Assembly: GCA_021613535.1 (NCBI GenBank)
Contig: CP075494.1
Location: forward strand, 15,996,001 to 16,060,000
Length of the DNA: 64,000 nucleotides
Reading direction: 5' to 3'
From: Adineta vaga
Taxonomy: Eukaryota > Animalia > Rotifera
Program-made: the position numbers and the translations under genes
In this document: positions 48,391-63,094 of the stretch, piece by piece
How the letters are laid out: each line of letters opens with the position of its first letter
Numbering within the stretch: position 1 is the stretch's first letter
The notes under the pieces: model-generated
Told to the model about the DNA's origin: nothing
Database searches by the model: none
The model's input: only the letters and a program-made list of their open reading frames with translations

Positions 48391-51300
48391 ATGGTCTTTG
48401 CACATGTAACTGCATTTCTTGTCGATAAATTTTTGGGAAATTATATCGAAGATATTGACTCTCATCAACTAAAAATCAGTTTATGGAATGGTAAACATAT
48501 CTTTTTTTCGTTTCTTTTCTATTCTTTAATTGTTTTCAGGTGATGTACAACTTGAAAATGTTCATTTAAAAACAAATGCTTTAGTAAAAGATTTGATTTC
48601 GAATTTTGATTTATTTAATTCATTTTCTTTTGAAATAGAATGATTTTAATCTTCCATTTGATATTCAAACGGGTTATCTCGGTAAATTTTCTTTTCTTCC
48701 TTTTATTTTTCCTTAAGAAAAATTAAATTTATTTAGAAAAATTAAAAATTCATTTACCATGGAAACAATTATATACTCATCCAACAAAAATTGAAATTCG
48801 TGGACTTTATTTACAATTAAAAGCTAAAACAGATGTTCATTATGATCCTGAACAAAGTGAAAAACAAGAATATGAATCCAAAATGAAAGAAATTCAAAAA
48901 GTTGAAGAATTTCGTCGTCAAAGAGAAAAATATGGTTTGATTCTTTTATTTTGAAATTTAAATTAAATTAAATTCTTTTATTTTCTTTTAAAGCAAATAA
49001 TGAAAAAGGTCTTCATCATAAAGATACATTTCTTGAACGATTACAATTTCATATTCTTCGTAATCTTGAAATAACAATTGAAAATATTCATTTGTCATAT
49101 GATGATCAAACAACAAAATCTTATTCATTTCAATTTGGTTTAAATCTTAATCGTATTAAACTTTATGTAAATATTCTTTTCTTTCGTTTTCTTTCATTAT
49201 TTTTCTGTTTAAATAGACAACAAATGAACAATGGGAAGAAATGGAATCAAAAGAAGAATCGAAAATTATTTATAAAGTATTGATCAAAATTTTCGATACA
49301 AAAGAAAAAAATCTTGACGTTTTTAGTTTGGTGAAATCAATCAATTATCAATTTATTGGAATTCAAATATTCAATCAAGATTAAATCTAACAAATGATGA
49401 AATTATCGTACGAATTTCATATATGTTTTTTTTTCTCAAAAAATTCGATTTTTTTAGGAAGATTTGAAATCAACAAATCATTTGACTTATCCACAAATGA
49501 ATTACAGTAAGAGAAGCTTATTTTTTTGCAAAGAAACAAAGAGTATATCCTTAAGAAGATGTTCGAAATGATCCCTGTTTAACGAAAGAAAAAAAAATCA
49601 CATCAGAATGTTTTAATTGAAATCAATTTGATTGCTTTTAGTTCTTCAACCATTAAATTGTCAAACTAGATTTGAAATAAGTAAAACAGCACAAGAACAA
49701 GATTTTCATCGACCAGTTTTAAATGCTTCGATTAATTTTGATGAAATTTATTTCAATATAAATAAAAATCAATATTCCGATGTACTTGATTTACTTGAAT
49801 TTACGGATTATTTGAATACAAAATCTAAAGTTGTTAAATATTATCAATTTATTGAAGATATTCCAAAAGAAAAACAAAATTTAAGAAGGTATTTCAGTGA
49901 AAGATTCTTTTACAATTTTTAAATCTTTGTATTTAGATGGAAATTTGCATATACGGTTATTGTTAATGAATCAGTTCGTCCACGTTTAGCTTCATTTAAA
50001 TGGGAAAATATGAAAGAAAATTTAAAACGTTTTAAAGAATATCATGAACTTTATTTTAAAAAATTAAATCATCATTCAAATAAATCAGATAAACAAAAAA
50101 CTATGGTTTGAAACTTTTAGTTTTGTTTATTTTTTATTTTTATTTTATTTTATTTTATTTTAGGAATTAGAAAAACAAATTGACATTTTTAATTTAATTT
50201 ACATTCGTCGAACTGCACAAATTGAAGTAAAAAATTACAATCATCTCTTTTGTGGTTTTTTATTTATTTATTTTAGTATAAAAAGAAAAAAATTGAAGAT
50301 AAAGATTTATCATGGTGGGAAACATTTACAAATTGGTGGAGTTCAGATTCAGATAATCCTGGTTTGTACAAAGTTGATTTTGAAGAATTACAAACAAATT
50401 TTCTTTTCGTTAGAATTTCAATTAAACGATACATTAGCTAATGAAGAAAAAAGTAAATTATACGATGCAATTGGATATAAAGATCAACAAACAGATCAAA
50501 TTGCTTATCCAAATAATGTTCGTTTTTATTATTTTTTATTTTTCACGAATTTAATTCTTTATTTTAGTATGTCGATATTATTGGAATAATTAAATTAAAT
50601 CTAATTCAAATCAATGTTTGGTCTTATGTCAATAAAAATGATTCAAAGTAAGTAATAGATTTTCGAATTTTGTGGAGGGGACTAGACCCTCCCCCCCCCC
50701 CGCCTCCCCGCTAATCGGAGCCCCTGCTAACTGGTCACACATTTGAATACACCTCCACAGACCTATCGTGTTTGACATTTTGAATTCCAAAGGGATTACA
50801 CTACAAGCTTTTTTTTCCATAAATCTTTTAGTTTGAATTTAATTTCAACATTATTAATAAAACCAAGTGAATTGCAATACCAACGTCGACCAGCTAACGA
50901 TGATTTTATGTATGAAAATAACGAAATTTGAAAATGAATCTTTGTTTATTATTTAAGGATAATCTTTGATTGTCAATCATTAGAAATGTTTGGTATAAAT
51001 GAATCTTCAACTCGTCCAATATTAATTGAACGATATGGTAAAATCCAAGAAAATTTTTTACATTTCGAATTTGAAAGTAATCCAATTGAAACAAATACTG
51101 ATTACAGAATTCATGGTTTATCAAAATCATTAATTATTAATTATCATTATGTTACAATTAATCAATTAATACAATGCTTTCTACCTGATCATCATCATGA
51201 TTTAGAAGGGTAAAGAGAAAATTAGTTTTTGAAAAATAGTTTTAAAAATTTTTGAAATTTAGAATTAAAGAAGCTGCTTATTCAATTTATACAGATATTA

Positions 51301-54300
51301 AACATCAAACACAATTTTTATTAAGTGAAAATCTGAAAAAAATTCAAGATTTAGATATTAATATTGATTTACAATCGATTTATTGTATTTTACCTGAATA
51401 TCAAAAGACTCGACAGTAAAAATTCTTTTATTATCGTTTTTTTTATTTCTTATTTGATTTTTTATTCTTCGAATAGACCAACAACACCAATGCTTTGTTT
51501 AGATTTGGGAAATTTAACATTTAAAGGTGGAAAAATCAATATTTTAAATTTAGAAGAAGATTATTCCATTTATGTTCCTATTGAAATTCAATTAAAAAAA
51601 CTTCAATTCCTTTATCTTAATCAACGTAATTATTCGAATTTTTTCCTTTTGTTTTTGTTAACTTGAAATTTATTCTCTAGATGAATCATGGAAAGACATT
51701 CTATTAAAAACTGACTCTCCATCACATTTAATAAAACCAATAACAATCACATTAGATCTTCTCAAATCAATTCATATTGATAATATGGAAATTCCAATGT
51801 ATTTCTAACAAACAAGGCTTTGTTATTGTTTTCAAGCAATATCTTTTTTTCTTTTTAGTTGGACAGGTCGTGGTGAAATATCTTCAATCGAATGTCAATT
51901 ATCTGATACACGATTGTTTGGTGTTTTGAAATTAATTCGATTAATTCAATATCCTGATGGATTTCAAAAAACTTCAGAAGTAAAATATGAAAATAAAAAA
52001 GAAAAAGAAAAGAAAGAAGTTGAACATAATCCAAGTACAAAAGAAAGATATGAAACAATTGAACAAATGACACCAGTTAAGAAAATTCTTTATGAACAAC
52101 AACAAGATTTAGAAAAACAAATGGAAATTAATCAATTAAATTCTCAAGAACAACGATTACAATTACAATTTAATTTTACTCTTTCTCAAGTCAATTATTT
52201 TTTCTTTTCTTCTTTTTTCATTTCTTTTCTTTTTTTTAATTTAGATTCAAATCAAATTTCTTCGTTCTTTATTAGATTTATCTGATTATACCGAAGAATT
52301 TCTTATAATTTCATTGGAATTAATTCAAATATCATCAAATATAAAAACATACGATATACAATTAAATCTTTCATTACAAGATTTTTCTATTCTTCATCCA
52401 CAATTTCATACAAAAGAAAATGAAAAATTATATCTTTTATCACGTCGAAATACTTCACAAATTTTATCAATTAATTGTTTATTAACATCAAATTCTAATC
52501 CATTATTTGCAACGGAATCTTATAATTCAATTGAAAATAATATTCAATTTGAATTAAATGAAATTTTATTAAATGTGAATTTACAAGCTTTATCATCGAT
52601 AATTGTCTTTAAAAATAATCTTCAAGAGAAATTATCTGAAATACCAACACAAAAATTAAATACATCATCAACAACAAACGAATCAGATGTAACAGCAATA
52701 TCATCATTTAAAATCGATTTTAATCTGAAAGGAATTGATTTATTAATTGGAAGTGAATCAAGTCATATAATTTATATTGAATTAAAAGATTTTCATGGTT
52801 ATTTTTTGAAAACATCCGTTAAAATCTTAATGAATATGATATTAAATGATTTTCGTATCATTGATTTATATAAACAATGTCGTTATCAATCTATTTTATC
52901 AAAAGAAAATATCAATGAAAATTTAATTCAATTAGATTTATCTTTATTCAATGTACAAAATAAAAGTTTAAAAAATTTTCAAAAAACTAATTCATTTTTC
53001 AAAGGAAATATTGAAAAATTAAATTTTATTTTTCTTTATAAACATTTACAATTAATTCAATCATTAATGAATTCAATTCAAACCGAATCTTCATCTTCAT
53101 CTTCATCGAATGATCAACCAAATTTTCTTTTTGAAACTTTACAAAAATATCAAAAACATTCAATTAATTTTCAAATGGATTTTAGTTTTTATTTACCAAA
53201 TATATTTCTTCCAAGAAATTCTTTTTCAAATCAAGGAATTTTTATTGATCTTGGTCAATTAACAATGAAAACAGATTCAGAAAAAGAAACTAATGAACAA
53301 CATCGAATAGAATTTGAAAATCTTTCAATTTATCGTTATCGTTTAAATGATCAAAATCAATTGACAAATAAAATTGATTTATTTACAACATCAACTTTTT
53401 TAACTTTAATTGATCGTTATTTAAATCAATCAAATGAAATTTCTATTAAAATTCAATGGGATAAACTTGATTTGAAATTATCAAAAGATGATTATACATT
53501 AATTTCATTAATTTTAAATGAAAATTTTAATGAAAAAATCTTTTTACAAATTCCAAAATTAGAATCTTATCAAGAAGAAGACGAAGAAGAAAAACAACAA
53601 CCTGTAAAGAATGAAATTATGAAAAAAGAAAATGAAAATCTGTTTAAAATCAAATTCGCATTTCAAATGAAAGAGATTCAATTAAGTTTATATTCGTATG
53701 AATCAAATCTTGAATTCAATCGTGATGAAAATACAAAATTTATTTGTTTAACAATGAAATTACTTGAATCAAATATTGAATATTTATCAAATTCAATTTT
53801 AAAAGGAATTTTACAAATTCAACAATTTCTATTAGATGATTTTACAAATAAATCTATTTCAAATCTTATGGGTAAATCATTTAATTCAAATTCAAATGAA
53901 TCTTTAGTTAAATTCAATTTTGAATTTAATCAAATTATAAAAACAATCAATGGACAATTTGAAAGTTTTTATTTTTGTCTTACACCTGATCTTTTAAATT
54001 CAATTAAACAATTTACAAATATAAATCTTACATTGAAAGAAACAAAAATATCTTTTTCAAATGATTTTCATTTAAATCTTCCATCACCAGCGAAATCAAA
54101 TGTTGAATATTCATCGAAAAAATCTTCTGTTGAAAGAAAACCAATCGTTAAAGATTCTCCATCAGATTCAATTGAAACAATCATTGATTTTATATTAAAA
54201 CCATCACAAATTGTTCTACTCGAAGATCAAAATAAGTCCAATAGTGATTGTCTTGTTCTTAATGTAAGTTTTAGAAAAATATTTTCATTGAAAAACTTTC

Positions 54301-57300
54301 GTTTTTTCATTTTTAAGTTTTCATTAACAATGAAAATGATCAATCTAAATGAACAAACAAAAATTTCAGCTGAAATTAATGATTTAACTTTCTTCGGAAC
54401 AAACTTTTCAGATTTACAACAATCAAAAATTCGTTATACAGTTAAATTAAAAGATTTTTGTTGATTTTATTTTCTTATTTTTCTTGTTTTAAAGATTTTA
54501 CCTCGATCAGAAATTGATTTAATGGTATTTATGGATAAAAATGAACAAAAAATCGATGTAAATCTATCGGATTTATCAATAAGTATTGATCCGAAATTAA
54601 TTAAAACATTTGTTACTCTTTCAAATTCAATTAAACCAATTGAGGTTCGACAAAATAAAACGATTTCATTTGAAAAATTTTGTTTTGTTTTTAAGGCAAA
54701 AGCAAAAGATGAAAAAGAAAAGATTAATTCAAAATCAATATTTATTCCAAAACCATTTAAAGATTCATCATTTTGGTTTATTCAAGGTAAAGATTTTGTT
54801 TTCTCATTGATTTGATTTGATTTGATTTTTCAAATAGATTCCGATGAAAAGAAAGAATTACTTGAAGAAACGGATATTTTACAAGTTACAACTGGTTCTG
54901 CTTCACAAAAAACTAAAGAAATCGAACAAAAGAAAAAAGAAAAAGAAGCGGAAAAATATCAAAATCTTACTCAACAAGTTTTTATCTTTTCTTTTTCTTT
55001 TACCGAAGAAAATTCACTTGTTTTCTTTTTTAGTTAATAATCAATTTAAATATCATTGAAATTAAACTTGAACTAGGAAAAGGATTAGCGACAAGACCTG
55101 TTATTGCTCTTTGTATATCGAATATTTTTGCACAAATTGAAAATTGGTCAACTGATCTTCTTGTATCAACATCAGTTCATTTAGAATTAGCGTTATTTAA
55201 TGATCATATCTTAGCTTGGGAACCTTTAATTGAACCTATTATTGATGACAAAGGAACTGTTCAATCACCATGGACTATCTCTTGTCAAACTACTCTTGTA
55301 AATTTTATTAATTATTCTTTCTTTTTTATAGAAAATTGTTTCTTTTTTTCGTTTTTAGGATTTACAAGATGAAAATGAACCAGACGTAAGTTTATTTCGA
55401 ACATAGACAGAAACGTCTTATAGATTGATAGTCAGTGAGAAAGTAAACGTCATTTGTCCTTAGAGTTCGGGTTTAGGATAGTTCTATCTGTCTCGAAAAG
55501 AAACGATTGGATAAAATACTGAAGATATCAGTGGCAAAACGAGATCAATTTTCGTTTAGAATCGATATTTACTTGAAGATGAAACGAAAGAAGGTGATGC
55601 GAAAGAAAAGAAAAGTGCCAATGAAGTGAAGAAATTAATCTCAATTCGTGCTGAACATTTATTAAATGTAACATTAACAAAAACAACACTTGATCTTGTT
55701 CAAAGAATACAAGCAATGTTTAATGAACTTTATGAAAAAGGAATTCCTTCAGATATTGATGAAGAACAAGTTTTATTATCAATTCATAATCAAACAGGTT
55801 TTAATATTATTATTTATGATATTCAAGGAATTCAAGTAAGATTTTTCTTTTCTTCTATTTGAATAAAATCTTTGTGATATTTTTTGTTTATCAGTTTCAA
55901 AAAGATCAAGAAACAGAAGATAAAAAAATTCATTTAAAAACAGATGAATCAATTCAATTAACAATTCCAGAAGAAAGATTATCAGCGACACATTTACCAG
56001 CTATTGCTGAACAAGTTTCCAAACGAAAACAACAATTTCATGTTCAATTTGGTGAAAATGATATTTTAGTTGATATTAATCAAACATGGAGAAGAGTTTA
56101 TGAATGTGCATCATCACCAATTCCATCATGGCCAGTTCAATTACTTTGTGATTCACAAATCGCAAATGAACGAAGAAAAGTTATTCTCAGTTCAATTATT
56201 AAAGTAAACGAATCTTTTCTTTTTTGTTTTGTTTTGTTTTACATTTAAAAATAGGTTTCAAATCGAACACAAATGCCATTATTTGTATTAGATGCTGATT
56301 CAGTTGAAAAGAATCAATTTAATTCAATTACTAAAATCGATGTTAATGAAGAATATTATCTTCCTATTCAACTTCTTTATTTACGAACAACACCACGTCT
56401 TTATTTCACAATTGATCAGTAAATATTTGAAATGATTTCAACTAAAAAACCGTCTTCCTTATTTTTTCTTCAAAGAGCGAATTCTAATAAAGAAAATTTT
56501 GATTTTATATCATTTGATTGGGTTAATGAATCATCAAGTGATCGAATTTTGAAATTAAACGATGGAAAACAAGCTCATTATGTTGTATGTTATCATATTT
56601 CTATTAAATTTCATGAAAATTCTTTTCTTTTCAAAGATTTATAAAGAAGAAATTGAAGCCTATTCGGAAAATACCGATGAACCAAATCGAAAATCATTTA
56701 ATATTTTTGTTAAATTAGCACTTCATTTATTAAATCTTCTATCAATTCCAATTCAATGTTCAATTGATGTTTGTAGTTTTTCTTTTGATTTTATTTAAGA
56801 AAAATGAATTGTTTTTTTGTTAATAGAATACTGAACATATGGAATTAAAACCCAGTGAATTGTATCATAGTATTCAAGGACATAAAAAATCCATTTTACA
56901 ATTCAAAGTAAATAAAAAATAAAATCGTTCTTTTTTTTTTGTAAATTAAATAGATTTCATCATATAATCAATGTTCGTGGATATCTGATGCAATTGATTT
57001 AAATGTCAAAGGACATGGAATTCATAATGAACATTTTGTTGAATTTACAAATTTATCCAATGGAGAAACATTAGTAAAAAACGAGAAGATTTGAAATTAA
57101 AGAAAATCTAATTTGGTTTCTTTTAGAGAATGATTTTACGTGTGGATATATATCGAGAATCATATCGTGCATCGTTTTATTCACCATTTTGGATTGTGAA
57201 TGGAACGGATTTGAAATTTCAATTTAAAGTTTGTTTTTTGAAAAGAAAAGAGAAAGTTTTAGAAAAAGAAAATTTTCTTTAGGTTGATAATGAAAAAACT

Positions 57301-60300
57301 TTTGTTGATGTTATTGATCCTCCGTATTATATTTGTCCGAAGAAATTTGATAGTGAATCACATAAAAAGAAAGGATATATTCGTTTATTTGATATTAAAG
57401 ATGATGAAACAAAATCTGAATGGTCCGAAGCTTTTTCACTTGATGTTATTAAAAGTACTGGAATAGCTTCATGTAAAGTTATTAATGATAGAACTTATAC
57501 AATTTGTATTGATATTGTTACTTCATCATTTGGTATGACGAAAATTATTACTTTAATTCCATCAACTGCGATTTTTAATAATTCATCGGTATGTTTATCG
57601 TTACTTTCTTTCTCATTCAATTCTTTTTACGTTTATTTTTTAGTCAAAAGTTGAAGTTTCTCAATATAATTCTGATTATTCACAATTAGAATGGAAATCT
57701 GTTGAACCAAATGGAGTAAATAAAATATTTTTTTTTCAGTTTTCTTTTGAAAAGAAAGTTTTATTTTGTAAAGGTTGTATCATATTGGGCTCGTTCATTA
57801 GAAGAAACGGAAATGTTAGTTCGTTACAATAAAAATGAAAAAGAAAATTTATTCACAATGAAAGATAAACATCGAACTTTATTACATATGGATAATGAAG
57901 ATAATCCAGCACTTCATCTCGAAGTTGTTGCAACAGATTTTGATGGATTTCGAGTTATTTTTAGTGATTATAAAAATGGTGATGCTCCTCTTTTAATTGT
58001 TAATACTTTAATTAATCAATCAATATCATTTCAACAAAAAGATCAAATGTTTGTATTTCTTTCACAATCTTTTCTTTCTCATTAATTTCTTTTCCGTTTT
58101 TTGTTTTGTTTTGTTTTAAAGACAAACGCAAGTCTTACCACCACAATATTATGTTTATTATACATGGAATGATCAATTAAAACCGCAAGAATTATTTATT
58201 TCTATTGGACAATCAACAGCAACACTCGAATTAAATGTAAGTTTATCAAATTGATATTTTTGTCATTCAAATAATATTTCATTTTTAAGCCAATGTGTGG
58301 AATTCTTGGAAATGAAAATGAACAAAAAATTTATTACGCTATTTTTCATGATGGACCACAAACTGTTCTTTTATTTTCGTATGAACAAGATATTATCGAA
58401 TCGGTTTCTGATGTAAGTTTTTTCGTCAGAAATTTCTCATCAGAACAAAGGTCAAAAACTATTTTGAGGGTGGGGGCGTCGCCTATTTCGAAACTTAAGA
58501 CTAAACTCGTCGACTATGAGCTCTCAGAGGAATAGTCCGCCTGGAAAAAACAAAACATTGTTTGTCTTCTATGTATTCGATAATTGTTGTTTAGACTGAA
58601 TCTGTCAATGAAAAACTGAAAGATTATATTGAATTAAGTTTACATTCAATTGGTATTTCAATAATTGATGATGTTAATCGAAATGATTTATTTTATATCA
58701 CAATAAATTCTTCAAATGAAATTTGGACTGAAAAACGAAAAATTAGTTATCAACCACTTTCAACAAAATTAAATGATCATTTAAATAATCATTATAAAAC
58801 TTATCAAAAACATAAAGAATCCGATGAAAATTTTGAAAATAAATTTGAAATCAGTGACAATCGAGTAAATTTATTTTGTCTGTTTTTCTTCAAAAACAAA
58901 AGTTAATTTTCTTTTTCAAGTATGCCTCATTTTGTGATGATGGATCTGCTGAAATTAGTGATAAAGAAGGACATGTCGTACATGTTCATCATCAATCTCT
59001 AGAAGGTTTATGGTTAGGATATTCTTGGTCAATGAGTAAAATGGCAATTCATGCAAAGATTAATCATATTCAAATTGATAATCAATTACAAATTGCAATG
59101 TTTCCAGCAATTCTTTATCCAATTCTATCAAAAGCAGCAGGAACAAATATTCGTATGAATTTTTATATTTCATTTCGAAAAAAAATCGAAATTGTTTCTT
59201 TTGCAATTTTTAGCTGGAAAACCATTTATTGAATTAAGTGTTCTTAAAAGTGAATCAGCCAAATCAAATACCATTCAGATCAAGTAATTTTTATTTAAAA
59301 AATGTTTTTTATCTTATTTGATATTCTTTCTTTTCAAAGATATTTGAAATTATTAATTCAAGAATTTGCAGTTGCTGTTGATCAAGGTTTAATTTTAGCT
59401 TTGATTGAATTTTTCAAAGCTGAAGAAGTTTGTTTTAATGAATATCTTCAAATTTAATTTCTTTCTTTTCTTTTTAAAAAGACTCGTGCAGCACCAACAG
59501 TCAATATGGAAAGTGATTTAAAACGTGTTGAAAGACCTTTATCAATTCTATCCAATGAAGGAACAGATAATACGTCACAAGAAACAAAAATATATTTTGA
59601 TAATCTTCATTTATCTCCATTAAAAGTATTTTCTTTAAAAAAGAAAAAAACTTTGTTTTTTTGAATAAAATGTTTATCTTTTAGATTCATGTTAGTTTTT
59701 CAATGCGTGGATCAAAAGCTGATAAACTATTATTAGCTGAATATCCATTAGTGGATTTTCTTTTACAACTTTTAAATTTAGCTGAAGTTCAAGATGTTAT
59801 TCTAAAGTATATCTTTTTTTTCTCTTTTTATTGAAAATGTTTTTCTTAAATTTGTTTTTCTTTAGATTAAATTATTATGAAAGAAAAAATGATCGATATT
59901 CAATAACAAAATTAACACAAGAAATCACAGCTCATTATCAAAATCAATTTTTACAACAACTTCATGTTGTTGTTCTTGGTTTAGATGTTCTTGGAAATCC
60001 TTTTGGACTTATTCGTGGAGTTGCTGGTGGAGTTGAATCATTATTTTATGAACCATATAAAGGTGCAATGGAAGGTCCAATGGAATTTTTAGAAGGAATT
60101 GCAACAGGTACAAAATATTTTGTTGGTTCTGTTGTTGGTGGTGCAGCTGGAGCTTTATCAAAAGTAACAGAAGCAGCAAGTAAAGGTTTAGCAACAATGA
60201 CTTTAGATAAAGATTATCAAACAGCAAGAATTCAAAGAAAAGAAATTCAAGCAGAAACACAACCAGAAATAGTTTCAAGTGGAAAAAATGCTCTTAAAGT

Positions 60301-61274
60301 TTGATCTTTTTTCTTCGATTTTTCTTATTGAAATGCATTGATTTGATTTAGGATGTGGTTAAAGGCGTTAAAGGTGTTGTGAAAAAGCCAATGAAAGGAG
60401 CGAAACAAGGTGGAGCACAAGGATTTTTTAAAGGTTTAGGTAAAGGTTTTCTTGGTCTTGTTGGAAGACCAGCAAGTGGTGTTGCTGATTTAACAAGCAC
60501 TTCATTGAAACTTATTAAAAAGTATTCTTTTTCAATTAAAAAGAAAGATTCAGATAAGAGGATTTTGTTTTTTAAATAGAGTTGCAACTGATGAAATTGT
60601 TATTCATCGAATAAGAAATCCACGTCATATTGGAAGAGATGGAATTGTTAGACCTTCAATTGCATATGAAACTTTGGGAAGATTTATTTACGATGTTTGT
60701 TTCTTTTCGAAATCTTTTTTTCAAAAAAAAACATTTTGAATTTTTCTTCAGAAATTTGATGAATCACTTCATGGAGAAAACGAAGGTTATATTGCTCATA
60801 TTGAACCATCAAGAGAACCTTCATCATTATTATTTGCAACAACAAAGTAACAAATGAAAATCTTCTTTCTTTTTTCTTATTAAAAAAATCTTTTGTTTTT
60901 TAGACAAATTATTTTCTTAGTTGAAGATGAATCAATAAATGGAATTTATAAAATTGAATGGATTCTTCATTATAAAGATATTAAAGGAAATCCAATTGTG
61001 AAATTTAATCCAAATTTTATTGAATTTATAATTAGAGTAATTCATTTCTCTGTTTTTCTTTCTCTATTTATTTATTTTTTTTCATTTCAAAGGAAACAAA
61101 TGCAATCGGAATGACGAAAAAAGATATTATGCATGCAAGAGTTGTTCCATATCAAACTGTTGCGGAAGCACGAGTATGTTTTCAATTCTTTTCTTCTCTT
61201 CTTTGATTTTCTTTTGTTTTATTTAGTTTTTTGTTGATAAAATTATGGAAACAACGAAAGCATTGGAACTATAA
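48391..61274 (+). CDS. VPS13: Vacuolar protein sorting 13 (VPS13A/C-like) lipid-transfer protein with many short introns
   Basis: Chorein-N MVFAHVTAFLVDKFLGNYIEDIDSHQLKISLWNGDVQLEN; WEPLIEP; FSLD; IQIDNQL; VLGLDVLGNPFGL; GFFKGLGKGFLGLVGRPASG; stop at 61272-61274. Confidence 0.92.
58463..58480 (+). repeat. Intronic copy of the TTGAGGGTGGG motif, in an enlarged VPS13 intron
   Basis: tttgagggtgggggcg within an intron about three times the usual length. Confidence 0.5.
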
Positions 61275-63094
61275 ACGATATTTCTCGTTTTTTTATTTAT
61301 TTGTTAATCACGCGATAGATTATTCTTTTATTCGAAATAAAAAAATTACAATTGTTTTATAAAATCTTTTCATAAAGACACTATTAGGATATGAATGAAT
61401 CAACTTGAATGAGTTCATTTGTAAATTATCTTCATACAGCTTCAAATAAACATTCTACTATTTTTTGGAATGTTCTTCTACTGCCATGCACTGAGACACA
61501 TCTTTTTCGATTTCAATGTTTTCTTCAGTAGTTATTATTGTTAGCAGACAATCGTGTGTTGCATGAATCTTTGAATTCGATCAATCATTTCGTAATGATT
61601 CGGTATACAGAAGCGGAATATTAATAAACGTTTTCCAGCTCTTCAATAATCTCTACGAAATTTAGTCCCTTCTGACTGTTCGATGCTCGACATATCAGAC
61701 CGATAAACGAACATGATTATGAAAATTGTGGATAAACACATCTTAACACGATACTGTAGAAAAAAATAACTTTAATACGCTTTGTTTTATATAATTGCAT
61801 GAACTTTTCGAGCAATATAGATTCATTATCCATTTGTTAGATTTCTATATTACATATGATGAAAATGATTATTTACATTATGATTTGTAACAATAGATGA
61901 TCGAAATTCATCTTTTTTACAATCACTCATAAAGATAATATCAATGAGATTGTTAATCGAAGAAAAGCACCTAATGGATGAATAGATCCAGATGATAGAT
62001 AAAGAAGAAAATAGTATTGTTTAAGGTTTTGAATTACAAACATCAGCAAGAAAATCATAGTTTCAAGCTAGAAGTGAATGTTACATCGTGTTTTGTAAAG
62101 AAGTGTTTGCTCTACAGAGTAACCAATTCTGACAATTGTTGATAGTTTTACAAAAGAATTCGTGAAAAATAGCGAAACTCTCGGTCTTTGCTATTCAAAT
62201 CAGTTTTTTCGGACTTTTCAAATATCGTCTCATGTCTGTAGAGATCTTTAAAAAGAGCACTAAGTTCTGATAATAATTTATCGTTTTTAACTCATTTGAT
62301 ACGTCTTTGAACAGGATCATCAATCTGTGCAAACTAATTTTGTTAAGTTTATCAACGACTTCTTCATTATTCTGAGTACAAGCAGATACAAATTTTTGAA
62401 GTTTATAGTAGAAAAAAGTAAAGAACACAAAATTCTGAGTCTAGCTAAGTATTTTTGGTTGATACTAATTCTTTTTAAGGCATCGGAAACCGAGTGAACC
62501 TTTTGTCTCAAGACTTTTACAATCAGAGATTAAAACAGCGTGCAAGACAAATGCATCCAAAGGCGTGGTCCTGCATAATTCTACTGAAGCAAAGAAATCA
62601 AAAACGTCACATATGTAACGTAAATCAAAATAAATTAAGCCTTTTATAATAACACTACGAAATGGATATAGAACAATAAGAGTGAATTGTCTTATAGCTC
62701 TCTAGGGTGGGTATGGGCACTTCGATTGACATCCAAAATTGGCAAGAATTTTTGTAGAGTTTTCACGCGTTTTTGTCAGTTCTTGTCTGATCGGGTAAGC
62801 ACAGTTTATTGTTCTCCATAACAAATTACTATGGTGGTACTTCGTTTTTTTTCAATAAATTCTAAGTCAGATATTCTGTCTTTTCCAGCAAAATGCCGAA
62901 CAAATTACCATTTGAAATTTCAGCGTATCATCGGCACTTTGCTTAACAGACTGGTACGTGCTATCATGACATAGACTATAGAAAAACGAATCATTATTGA
63001 TCTTGTTGACGACATCGGTCAAATGAGATAAATAAACATATAAATAAATGCGTTGATTCATATTTTTGAATAAGAAACGAAGAAAAGAAGAAAG

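Noticed and set aside
48169-49556. Recurrent CCTTAAGA (48169, 48711, 49549) as excision footprints of the GGGTG family
   Set aside because: Too short and AT-rich to distinguish from chance without a genome-wide count.
429-60587. Many 60-170 aa ORFs overlapping or antisense to real genes (for example 940, 5372, 7305, 9095, 14539, 26178, 42664, 60009, 60348)
   Set aside because: Shadow frames of genuine coding sequence in AT-biased DNA.
61440-63061. Possible decayed hAT-like transposase on the minus strand (LMILFKDVSNEL)
   Set aside because: Only a faint resemblance; I could not reconstruct a DDE, BED or dimerisation motif. A translated search would be needed.
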